Origin: a virus
DNA length: 53,660 bases
IMG/VR virus record: IMGVR_UViG_3300045988_124798
Coordinates: 1-53,660 of that record
Reading direction: 5' to 3' (one strand)
Of the stretch, positions 41,461-48,522 are shown in pieces. The position numbers were made by a program, and so were the translations under genes. Position 1 is the stretch's first letter. Every line of letters starts with the position of its first letter. The notes under the pieces were generated by a model, which worked only from the letters and a program-made list of their open reading frames with translations, was not told the DNA's origin and made no database searches.

Positions 41461-42120
41461 TTATCCTTCGTATTTTGTTTGCAACCATTCTATTTCATTT
41501 TTTGGTATTTCTACAGTTCTTCCGTCAGATGTTTTGTATTTATAAATGCCAAATTGCACAATAGATGTACCGTTAGAATATAGCTGCCAATACTCAGAAT
41601 TTTCCGATTTTTTCTCTAATTTTTTGATGTAGTAATAGTTATATGGGATGCTGTCTACGCTCTCCCCATAAGCGTCAAAACAGTTAATATAAATATCAAA
41701 TCTATCGATGTCATAGTTTGTGTTGTTTTTGAAATCGAGGTACAGTTTTGGCAATCCATATTCATAATCTAATGTTGCACCTGTTATTTCAATATCGTTG
41801 TTTTTACCATCTTTTGTTTTTGATGCAGATGTATCCGCAGGCTTTTCTCCAAGATAAACCGTTTTCGTTGTGCCATCCCATGTAACATCTTTACCAACTG
41901 CTTCTGCTACTGCTCTGACTGGCAGGTATGTTGTTCCGTTGTATGTAAACGGTTCTTTGCTTGTGGAAAGCTGTTTCCCATCAACAATAATCTTGATGTT
42001 GCTGAATGATACAGGGATACTTGTGTTTGCCACCTTAGCAAATGCCACCGTTCCAGAACACAAAACCATTGATGCAACCGCAGCACCGCAAACCATGTCT
42101 TTTAATCTTTGAAATTTCAT
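41461..42120 (-). CDS. Secreted protein with a Cu-amine-oxidase-N-like (wall-binding) domain
   Basis: ATG at 42120 after AAAGGAGGGG. Signal MKFQRLKDMVCGAAVASMVLCSGTVAFA, then IKIIVDGKQL...YNGTTYLPVRAVAEAVGKDVTWDGTTKTVYL. Confidence 0.6.
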   Translation of the reverse strand: MKFQRLKDMVCGAAVASMVLCSGTVAFAKVANTSIPVSFSNIKIIVDGKQLSTSKEPFTYNGTTYLPVRAVAEAVGKDVTWDGTTKTVYLGEKPADTSASKTKDGKNNDIEITGATLDYEYGLPKLYLDFKNNTNYDIDRFDIYINCFDAYGESVDSIPYNYYYIKKLEKKSENSEYWQLYSNGTSIVQFGIYKYKTSDGRTVEIPKNEIEWLQTKYEG

Positions 42121-42337
42121 ACAAACCCCTCCTTTATTTTTTGTCCTTCCATCATATAACACGCCTTTATTTTTTTCAATATCTTTTCGCCTTTTTGTGC
42201 ATTTTGCCTTTTTGGTGTGGTTTTCCTTCTTAGGTCGAAAAAATTTAAACACAAAAAAATTTTGCCCCCGTATTCGCCCATTTAAGACGCTTTTTGTTCT
42301 GCTTGACCGATTGACCGTCGAAAAAAGAAAACGCCCC

Positions 42338-42628
42338 TCACAGGTCGCAGAGGGGCAGAGAAAGCATTTCCTTATTCAGCTTTTCGAGGTCGAATTTTTC
42401 AAGCCTTGACAGGTCGAAATAGTCCAGTTTTTCTATACATTCCTTCCTTGTTTTTCCGTAAACGCCTATTAACATATCACTTTTTTCTTCCGTCACGCCC
42501 CAAGAACCGCCAGAGCCGCAGACATAAAAAACAAATTCGCCACGTTCTACTCTGTATCCTTCCGCCTGCACACGTTCCCTTTTTCGCCCTGCAAGCTGAC
42601 GGACTGCGAAAAACTTTTCTTTTTTCAT
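42338..42628 (-). CDS. Hypothetical protein
   Basis: ATG at 42628 after GGAGGTG. 96 aa. Confidence 0.4.
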   Translation of the reverse strand: MKKEKFFAVRQLAGRKRERVQAEGYRVERGEFVFYVCGSGGSWGVTEEKSDMLIGVYGKTRKECIEKLDYFDLSRLEKFDLEKLNKEMLSLPLCDL

Positions 42629-42694
42629 GTGGTTGCACCTCCATTTTTTACGCAGCAAAGCCGCAGAACGTCAAGCCCTGCGGATGCCTTTTTA

Positions 42695-43060
42695 TTAAAA
42701 GTACGCTTTTTCATAACACACTTTCTTTAGGTAATGGATTTTTCTTTCAAGTCCGCCATCTAAGTCCATTGCATAAAGCATTACATTCAACGGAACAGCA
42801 TTTAACAGTTTTTCATACTGTTTTATCTCCGGCATAGAGTTTAACCACTGTTCCCATTTTTCATGCTGTACATTAGCCGTATGCTCAATTTTTAACAGTG
42901 CATCAGATGGTACATATCCTACAGGATTGACATACCATGTAATTTTCCCACATTCCGCAATGTGAGCAACACTTTTATAATCTCCATTTTCCTCTACGGC
43001 TTTATTGCAAACAATAAAGCCGTTACCCAAATGACCCATAAACAATTCAAATTTTTTCAT
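42695..43060 (-). CDS. Hypothetical protein
   Basis: 121-aa ORF. RBS GAAAGGAAAG. Confidence 0.45.
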   Translation of the reverse strand: MKKFELFMGHLGNGFIVCNKAVEENGDYKSVAHIAECGKITWYVNPVGYVPSDALLKIEHTANVQHEKWEQWLNSMPEIKQYEKLLNAVPLNVMLYAMDLDGGLERKIHYLKKVCYEKAYF

Positions 43061-43161
43061 GATTATCTTTCCTTTCTTTTTCTCATGCCCCTTTTTCCTG
43101 GGCTTGTCTCATCAGTTGGAAGGTTGCCGCCCTACCCAAGACCGCCCGAAGGCGGTTTCGA

Positions 43162-43386
43162 CTATTTCACTTGTTCCAAAATCTGTGCATATATAGACTT
43201 TTTCGACTTGTCAACCTCTTTATAGATACATCCGCTATATACTTTGTTTTTCGAGCCATTGCAGGACTTTTTAATTTTTTTGCAGTTGTAGCACATTGGG
43301 TTATATTCCAATGATTCAATGTCTTTTCTGCGTGCCTTGCTTCTTTCTACCTGTTCATCTGTTGTAACCATGATATATTTTCCCAT
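43162..43386 (-). CDS. Hypothetical small Cys-containing basic protein
   Basis: About 74 aa. CYNCKKIKKSC...C. Confidence 0.4.
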   Translation of the reverse strand: MGKYIMVTTDEQVERSKARRKDIESLEYNPMCYNCKKIKKSCNGSKNKVYSGCIYKEVDKSKKSIYAQILEQVK

Positions 43387-43477
43387 GTTCAAAACCTCGC
43401 TTTCGTTTCGTGTAGTCTGCCATCGTCAGAGCCGGGAGACTATCCCACGGCTGACGGTCATTTCTGACCGTTTCGGC

Positions 43478-43639
43478 TCAATCCTCAAAAATTATTTCTG
43501 TAAATTCCTTCGGTGTAACAGATTCAATTGCAACATTTTCGTTTTTCAAATCCGCAAATCTTTTGGCGTTGCTATATTTTTTAAAAAATTTAACGCCATT
43601 AAATCCATAGTTTAAAAATACGATGTGAACCTTTACCAT
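43478..43639 (-). CDS. Small protein (53 aa), first gene of the leftward envelope-island operon
   Basis: Strong RBS GAAGGAGGAA. MVKVHIVFLNYGFNGVKFFKKYSNAKRFADLKNENVAIESVTPKEFTEIIFED. Confidence 0.45.
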   Translation of the reverse strand: MVKVHIVFLNYGFNGVKFFKKYSNAKRFADLKNENVAIESVTPKEFTEIIFED

Positions 43640-43682
43640 GTTATTTCCTCCTTCGTTGTCCCTTGTTGTTTTCTATGGTCTT

Positions 43683-43711
43683 ATTATATCGCTAACGTGT
43701 TATTATTGCAA
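43683..43711 (-). promoter_or_regulatory. Promoter TTGCAA-17-TATAAT (leftward)
   Basis: Read on the minus strand. The spacer is exactly 17 nt and contains a partial AACACG box. Confidence 0.6.
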
Positions 43712-43873
43712 TATGTAATAATAGCCAAAATAACACGATAACACTATATATTTATTGTGCAAATTATATATCGTTATCGCTATAAATATGTAACGATAAC
43801 ATTAACACGATAGCACTAATATGTTGACACGATAACATTATTATGATATCGTTATAATAAATAACACGATAAC
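43694..43873. repeat. Iteron/operator array: (A)ACACGATAAC boxes in both orientations
   Basis: Direct: 43733-42, 43794-800 (CGATAAC), 43805-14 (ACACGATAGC), 43827-36 and 43864-73. Inverted: 43771-79 and 43849-55. Partial: 43694-703. Confidence 0.7.
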
Positions 43874-43891
43874 AAAAAAGGAGGTCACAAG

Positions 43892-44419
43892 ATGACTACA
43901 AGTAAAGCCCATATAAGGGCAACCGCGAAATATGAAAAGAACAACTATTTTAAAACCCTTGTCAGATTTAAAAAGGAGGACGAAGAACGAATCAGAAACG
44001 CCGCAGGGGACAGTCTGAACGGATTTATTGTTAAATGCGTATTAGAAAAGCTGAACGGAGAAGAATCTACAGAAGTAGCAGACACTACACCAGATACAGC
44101 AACAGCGGAGATTGCCCCTGTAGAGCCAGAAATACCAGAACCGACTAAGCCGCTACCAGACACAGAAACGCCCGAAAACGGCTTAAAACCACTAACAATC
44201 GAGGATATCCAGGCCATGATTGATAACAGGAAAGCGGACGAAATCAGGAGGGAGAAAGAAAGGCAGGAACGGAAACAACAGGAGGAGCAGGAACGGCGCA
44301 AGCTGCTAGCAAATCCAGAATACGCCGCCACATACGCCCAGCTTATGGCAATGGAAACCGCAGAGAAGGAAAAGAAACGAGCCGAAACACTCACAAGAGC
44401 AAGACTGGAAACAATTTAA
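43892..44419 (+). CDS. Arc/RHH-like DNA-binding protein with a long P/E-rich linker and coiled-coil tail
   Basis: KAHIRATAKYEKNNYFKTLVRFKKEDEERIRNAAGDSLNGFIVKCVLEKL is an Arc-family pattern. AAGGAGG RBS. Confidence 0.55.
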   Translation: MTTSKAHIRATAKYEKNNYFKTLVRFKKEDEERIRNAAGDSLNGFIVKCVLEKLNGEESTEVADTTPDTATAEIAPVEPEIPEPTKPLPDTETPENGLKPLTIEDIQAMIDNRKADEIRREKERQERKQQEEQERRKLLANPEYAATYAQLMAMETAEKEKKRAETLTRARLETI

Positions 44420-44422
44420 TTT

Positions 44423-44449
44423 ATAGCCGTCAGAAATGGCGGCTATTTT
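44423..44449 (+). terminator. Weak terminator hairpin
   Basis: atagccg-(10 nt)-cggctat followed by ttttaatt. Confidence 0.45.
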
Positions 44450-44510
44450 AATTGACAATTTTCTATCTTTTTTAAGATACATTTTTATGTCTAAAAAAAG
44501 TTATATCCTA

Positions 44511-44539
44511 TTGACCTTATTATTCAAAAATAGTATGAT
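44511..44539 (+). promoter_or_regulatory. Promoter TTGACC-17-TATGAT
   Basis: The spacer is exactly 17 nt. Upstream of the HTH gene at 44570. Confidence 0.55.
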
Positions 44540-44569
44540 ATATGAAAAAAAGAAAGGAGATTGATAAAC

Positions 44570-44782
44570 ATGATTAGATTCAAATTTTCGGTTTATGAAG
44601 CATTGGAAACAGCTGGTATTACGTCATATACTGCAATTAAATCCGGTGTATTTTCACAAGAAACATGGCGGAAAATCAAGAGAAACGATACTAATATTTC
44701 TATGAAAACATTAAACAATATTTGCAGGGTGTTGAATATGCAGCCGGAACATCTAATAGAATATGTACCAGACGATAATTGA
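44570..44782 (+). CDS. Small XRE/HTH_26-like DNA-binding protein
   Basis: MIRFKFSVYEALETAGITSYTAIKSGVFSQETWRKIKRNDTNISMKTLNNICRVLNMQPEHLIEY. Confidence 0.6.
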   Translation: MIRFKFSVYEALETAGITSYTAIKSGVFSQETWRKIKRNDTNISMKTLNNICRVLNMQPEHLIEYVPDDN

Positions 44783-44870
44783 CAACTGTATATCTGAAAA
44801 TGTATAGCTAATTTTAGATACCGATACCCCATGTAAGCATCTGTATACTGTTTTATTAAAATTGAATCTT

Positions 44871-44980
44871 ACTAGTAATTAAAAACAAAACTAGTAAATT
44901 TAAAATTCATAGTTGTAATTAAATTTAACTAGTAATTTATAGTATAACTAGTAATTTAATCTAAAAACAGAAAAACTAGT
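44871..44980. repeat. Five ACTAGT(AA) boxes in two 19-bp-spaced pairs plus one, upstream of terS
   Basis: Starts at 44871, 44890, 44928, 44947 and 44975. The pairs are offset by 57 bp. Confidence 0.75.
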
Positions 44981-44994
44981 TTTTAAATTTTATA

Positions 44995-45023
44995 TTGACA
45001 ATCAGAATAATTTTTTGTATGAT
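44995..45023 (+). promoter_or_regulatory. Promoter TTGACA-17-TATGAT (late / packaging operon candidate)
   Basis: The spacer is exactly 17 nt, with TG immediately upstream of the -10. Confidence 0.65.
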
Positions 45024-45130
45024 TATTTTAAATCAAAAAAACAATTTAACGGGCGTTGACCTGCTGCCGTTGCGGTTGGCGTTCCGGCAGGTAAGGACGG
45101 CACCCCAGTTTTTCACGCAGATACCAACAC

Positions 45131-45170
45131 GCCACAGAATGAGAGTAAAATCTTTTTCTGTGGCTTTTTT
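45131..45170 (+). terminator. Rho-independent terminator inside the terS leader
   Basis: gccacagaa-(16 nt)-ttctgtggc followed by tttttt. About 140 nt downstream of the predicted start and 38 nt before the terS ATG. Confidence 0.75.
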
Positions 45171-45208
45171 AATTTACCAGAGTAGGACGAAGAAAGGAGG
45201 CGCGGAGC

Positions 45209-45844
45209 ATGGAAAATAAAATTTATGATTCAGAAATCGAGGCGTGCCTAGATTCATTTTGCGCTGAAAAGGGAATTGCGGACATGTCCAAGGAATCCCA
45301 GAGCGTCTGGAATGCGGCGCTGATGTATATTAAAAAAATTGTATTCCCAGATGTTAAACAGTTAAAATCTAGTATTTTATTCAAGAATGGTATAGGAGCA
45401 ATGAGTAATTGTAATGCCTATAACTATGAGCTTGTAGACCATATCTGCGATATATATATTTATTTATCCCTGATGAATGATAAAGAAGTATCTATCAATG
45501 GGTTTAGTTTTTTAACAGGGATAAGTAGAGATGCAATAAAAGAATGGGGAAATGGTAATAAAAAACTAAGTGATAAAGCTTTCAAAATCTACAAAAAGCT
45601 GGTAGATGTAAGGCTTGAGAGTTTATCGGGTAAACTAGCCACAGGAAAGCAGAACCCTGTAGGCGTTATCGCAATCCTGAATCACTTTTACGGCTGGAAT
45701 AGCCCATATTCGCCGGATGCAAACCGACATCGAACCGCCCTATCCGCTGCCGAACTTCCGAGGCTGAACGAGGTTAAAACTGTTGAAGTTGCACAAGATG
45801 CAGGAAATCTGATAGACGATGAAAACGGCGAAATCAATATATAG
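45209..45844 (+). CDS. terS: Terminase small subunit
   Basis: 211 aa. ...SINGFSFLTGISRDAIKEWGNGNKKLSDKAFKIYKKLVDVRLESLSGKLATGKQNPVGVIAILNHFYGWN matches the HTH plus oligomerisation pattern of the Terminase_2-type TerS. Confidence 0.6.
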   Translation: MENKIYDSEIEACLDSFCAEKGIADMSKESQSVWNAALMYIKKIVFPDVKQLKSSILFKNGIGAMSNCNAYNYELVDHICDIYIYLSLMNDKEVSINGFSFLTGISRDAIKEWGNGNKKLSDKAFKIYKKLVDVRLESLSGKLATGKQNPVGVIAILNHFYGWNSPYSPDANRHRTALSAAELPRLNEVKTVEVAQDAGNLIDDENGEINI

Positions 45845-45880
45845 CGTTAAAATAATTCTTGACACAATATGTTGGTTGCA

Positions 45881-45914
45881 ATTTATTCGCATAACTTTTA
45901 TTTTGCGAATAAAT
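45881..45914. repeat. 11-bp perfect inverted repeat (atttattcgca / tgcgaataaat)
   Basis: Read directly. 12-nt loop. No U-tract on either strand. Confidence 0.8.
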
Positions 45915-46088
45915 ATAAAAAATAATAACCAATGCAGACGAATAGCGGTTGTTATGGCTTGAATGATTCCGCTGCTAAAAACGGATGGGGGGGTGGGGGT
46001 CTAGATGGGAACGAAAAAACACCTGCCTTAGTCCCATAAATATCCGCAAAAACAAAAAGCCCCCTATCTGCATAAAGGAGTGAACAAT

Positions 46089-46331
46089 ATGTTTTCTTTA
46101 AATCCGTTTAGAAGAATTAAGGATTTAGAATTTGAGATTGAATCGAAAGACCGTAAAATCGAAGACCTGAGAAATGTGATTGATAGATTAGAATCTCCTA
46201 CAAAGCCAAAGTATCATCCAAATGCAACCTGTACTGACTGCGAATATTGCATTGTTGAGGAGCAGATACACTATAAAGGCTATTATTGCAGACTCAATAA
46301 TAACTGCGAAGATTACACTTTGAAAGAATGA
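46089..46331 (+). CDS. Hypothetical (coiled coil plus Cys cluster)
   Basis: 80 aa. RBS AAAGGAGTG. ...CTDCEYC......YYCRLNNNCEDY. Confidence 0.45.
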   Translation: MFSLNPFRRIKDLEFEIESKDRKIEDLRNVIDRLESPTKPKYHPNATCTDCEYCIVEEQIHYKGYYCRLNNNCEDYTLKE

Positions 46332-46348
46332 GTGGGCGGTGACTGAAA

Positions 46349-46498
46349 ATGTACGATGAAAAAGAATGTTGTGCTAAGTGCAGATATGCCAGTGTAGACC
46401 GTGAGTTGCTTTTTACTTGCAATAACGAGAATAGCGACTATTACACTGATTATACGGAATATGATTATGGCTGCGATTATTTTGAGCAAAAGGAGTGA
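46349..46498 (+). CDS. Small Cys/Tyr/Asp-rich ORF (49 aa)
   Basis: MYDEKECCAKCRYASVDRELLFTCNNENSDYYTDYTEYDYGCDYFEQKE. Below the track cutoff. Confidence 0.35.
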   Translation: MYDEKECCAKCRYASVDRELLFTCNNENSDYYTDYTEYDYGCDYFEQKE

Positions 46499-46503
46499 AC
46501 GGT

Positions 46504-46734
46504 ATGAGAATTTTAAGTCAAGATAGAACGGCTTCCGTTGATGAAAGCGGAGTATCGCTGTTGGTTTCTGAAAATTATGTTGCAGCTGTTTTTCCTATCC
46601 AAGAAGTTGGTTTTGTACGTCTTGGAAAATACAGGAGCAAAGAGCGAGCAATGGAAGTTCTTGAGGATATTCATGCTATGTATGAAGAACTCCCCTTCTC
46701 TGGCAACACAGTTTTCCGCATGCCGATGGAATAA
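46504..46734 (+). CDS. Hypothetical, paralog of the 30370-30651 product
   Basis: ATG after AAGGAGTG. MRILSQDRTAS...GKYRSKERAMEVLEDIHAMYEE...VFRMPME. Confidence 0.45.
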   Translation: MRILSQDRTASVDESGVSLLVSENYVAAVFPIQEVGFVRLGKYRSKERAMEVLEDIHAMYEELPFSGNTVFRMPME

Positions 46735-46858
46735 ACACCGATATGCACCCTGTTTGTTGCGCTTGCCTTTGAGTGGTTTAGTTCATGACTGTACGGCGAT
46801 TATGGCAAGAAACAAGGCGGCTATAGACGCTGATTTTCGGACGCAGGGTCTTATATAT

Positions 46859-46930
46859 GCACCAGTAGTTTAATGGCGAGAACGTCAGACTTCCAATCTA
46901 ACGGCGTGGGTTCGATTCCCATCTGGTGCT
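46859..46930 (+). tRNA. tRNA-Gly (anticodon UCC), probable
   Basis: Manual cloverleaf: acceptor gcaccag/ctggtgc, D gttt/gaac, anticodon arm tcaga-cttccaa-tctaa (one C.A mismatch), T gtggg-ttcgatt-cccat, discriminator U. Confidence 0.7.
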
Positions 46931-47109
46931 TTTCATCGGGTTTGGACATTTTCCCGATGGATAACACGACCTTTCACCCACTAGGGGAATCCTGTTAAGA
47001 GCCATCGCACGGCTCGGTGGGATTTTGGCTTGCATGCCGATGGAGCCGGCAGCAAGACCAAACACTAACTTCATATTTGGGGCGTTTTAACGGCATTGCG
47101 CCCCATTCC

Positions 47110-47183
47110 GGATTCTTAGCTCAGCTGGTCAGAGCATCCGGCTCATAACCGGACGGTCCTCGGTTCAAGTCCGAGAGAATCCA
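47110..47183 (+). tRNA. tRNA with CAU anticodon (elongator Met or Ile2)
   Basis: ggattct ta gctc agctggtca gagc a tccgg ctcataa ccgga cggtc ctcgg ttcaagt ccgag agaatcc a. All stems are perfect. Confidence 0.9.
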
Positions 47184-47410
47184 TTTGCGGTCTTTCGGTA
47201 TCGTGGGTTATCGCGCCCATTGATTTTGCTGACTGACCGCGCCCCATACAAATTTTTATCCCCTTCTTGTCAGTCCGTTTTTCTGGTTTCGTGACTGACG
47301 TTAAACTCAAAACTGAAAAATCATGATGGGGATTGGATAGAAACTTGATTTAGGTGAGGTCGATTCGGATTTCACTATTAGAGATGGTGTCTTTTAGGTC
47401 CCCATCCTCT

Positions 47411-47502
47411 GCCAACATACCGAAACGGCTATAACGGCGTGGTCTTGAAAACCATTGTGTCGGTTAGAATCCGACATGGGGGTTCAAATCCCTCTGTTGG
47501 CG
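47411..47502 (+). tRNA. tRNA-Ser (anticodon UGA), long variable arm
   Basis: Acceptor gccaaca/tgttggc, anticodon arm gtggt-cttgaaa-accat, variable stem gtcgg..ccgac, T-loop ttcaaat. Confidence 0.8.
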
Positions 47503-47661
47503 ATTGGGTTCACGATAAAAGCCCAGTGCGCAACCTTATGGGTTAAAATCGTTGTAAAAATGCGTGGTCGAAAGCAGTCTTTTAGGTCTGCGATAAAGCG
47601 GACCGGTCTCGAGTTATTAGCCTGTGAGTAGACATGGCATAATTCAAAATTGAATTATGGT

Positions 47662-47784
47662 AGATGGTGGCGGAATAGGTATACGCTTGGAGTTCCCATT
47701 ATGAATAATAATGCCAAGAAAGCACTCCCAACGGGACACAGGGAGATAGGTCTTTCATGCGTGGTGCAAATCCACGCCCATCTA
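47662..47784 (+). ncRNA. tRNA-like element with an oversized central insert (uncertain)
   Basis: agatggt...cccatct acceptor-like pairing, D-like gcg-gaataggtata-cgc, T-like cgtgg-tgcaaat-ccacg, but about 70 nt where the anticodon arm should be. Confidence 0.25.
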
Positions 47785-47847
47785 AGAGGTCTGGTAGCAC
47801 CAGAATAGAGTGTTGGTTGCATGAATCCCACTTGAATTAAAAAAATG

Positions 47848-47886
47848 CCGATAAGCAGATTGGTTGTTGCCTTTTCTGCTTATCGG
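47848..47886 (-). terminator. 11-bp hairpin that reads as a terminator only on the minus strand
   Basis: ccgataagcag / ctgcttatcgg. On the minus strand it is followed by cattttttt. Confidence 0.5.
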
Positions 47887-47935
47887 AGGATGCACAGTTT
47901 ATTCAGATTTTTTTATAAAAAAGGCGGTGTTTGCA

Positions 47936-48205
47936 ATGGCGAAAGGCGTAAAAACCATAAACAAGAGAAAATTTTTTGAAGCGTTTGAGGATTTTTGTAG
48001 CGGTCGCATAACGCTGTCCAAAGCTGCAAGACATATCGGCATTAGCGTCCCTACTGCATCAAAATATTTCAATATGCACATAAAGGGAGAGCCGTTTCCA
48101 GATACACTGTTCGGGGATGAAAAACGTCAGAATGAACTTGAACAGTTCGAGAAATTCAGCTCTGATTTAAGAAAAGTATATGACCGCAGACTATTCGGCA
48201 AGTGA
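47936..48205 (+). CDS. Small HTH protein
   Basis: 89 aa. ...GRITLSKAARHIGISVPTASKYF.... Confidence 0.5.
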   Translation: MAKGVKTINKRKFFEAFEDFCSGRITLSKAARHIGISVPTASKYFNMHIKGEPFPDTLFGDEKRQNELEQFEKFSSDLRKVYDRRLFGK

Positions 48206-48246
48206 TAACGAATGATGAATATTTGCGATTTAAGGAGTTGTGAACA

Positions 48247-48522
48247 GTGAGACATGAAAAAGAATGGTACACTTGCGATAGATGCGGTTCTGGATTTGAC
48301 AGGTTGCCAGAAGATAGAAATTGGTTCAGTAGAAGACTAATGTCTCCTGCCGAACTTGAAATGATATATGAGGAATCAACAGGATTTGTTTCGGATAAAT
48401 ACAGAATAAAAAAAGACACTTTATCTGTTGAGATAAGAGAATGTTTTTCAAGAAGAAATAAAACACTTCACTTATGCCCTAAATGCAGGAAAGATTTTGA
48501 GAGGTTTATGGACAATGAATAA
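48247..48522 (+). CDS. Zinc-ribbon protein
   Basis: 91 aa, CDRCG...CPKC. GTG start 10 nt after AAGGAG. Confidence 0.45.
   Translation: MRHEKEWYTCDRCGSGFDRLPEDRNWFSRRLMSPAELEMIYEESTGFVSDKYRIKKDTLSVEIRECFSRRNKTLHLCPKCRKDFERFMDNE

Noticed and set aside
43694-44980. CRISPR array as the explanation for the repeated boxes at 43.7 kb and 44.9 kb
   Set aside because: The repeats are only 7-17 nt, irregularly spaced and in mixed orientation. They have no unique spacers of constant length and no cas genes.
45054-45125. Assigning the terS leader to a named riboswitch class (some resemblance of GTTCCGGC...GGACGG to ykkC-type elements)
   Set aside because: Only a few short matches from memory. The flanking conserved segments of that class are not visible, so it is left as an unclassified leader.
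46538-46873. 111-aa plus-strand ORF running from inside ORF 46504-46734 into the tRNA-Gly gene
   Set aside because: It is out of frame with a better RBS-served ORF. It overlaps a tRNA by 15 nt and has no RBS.
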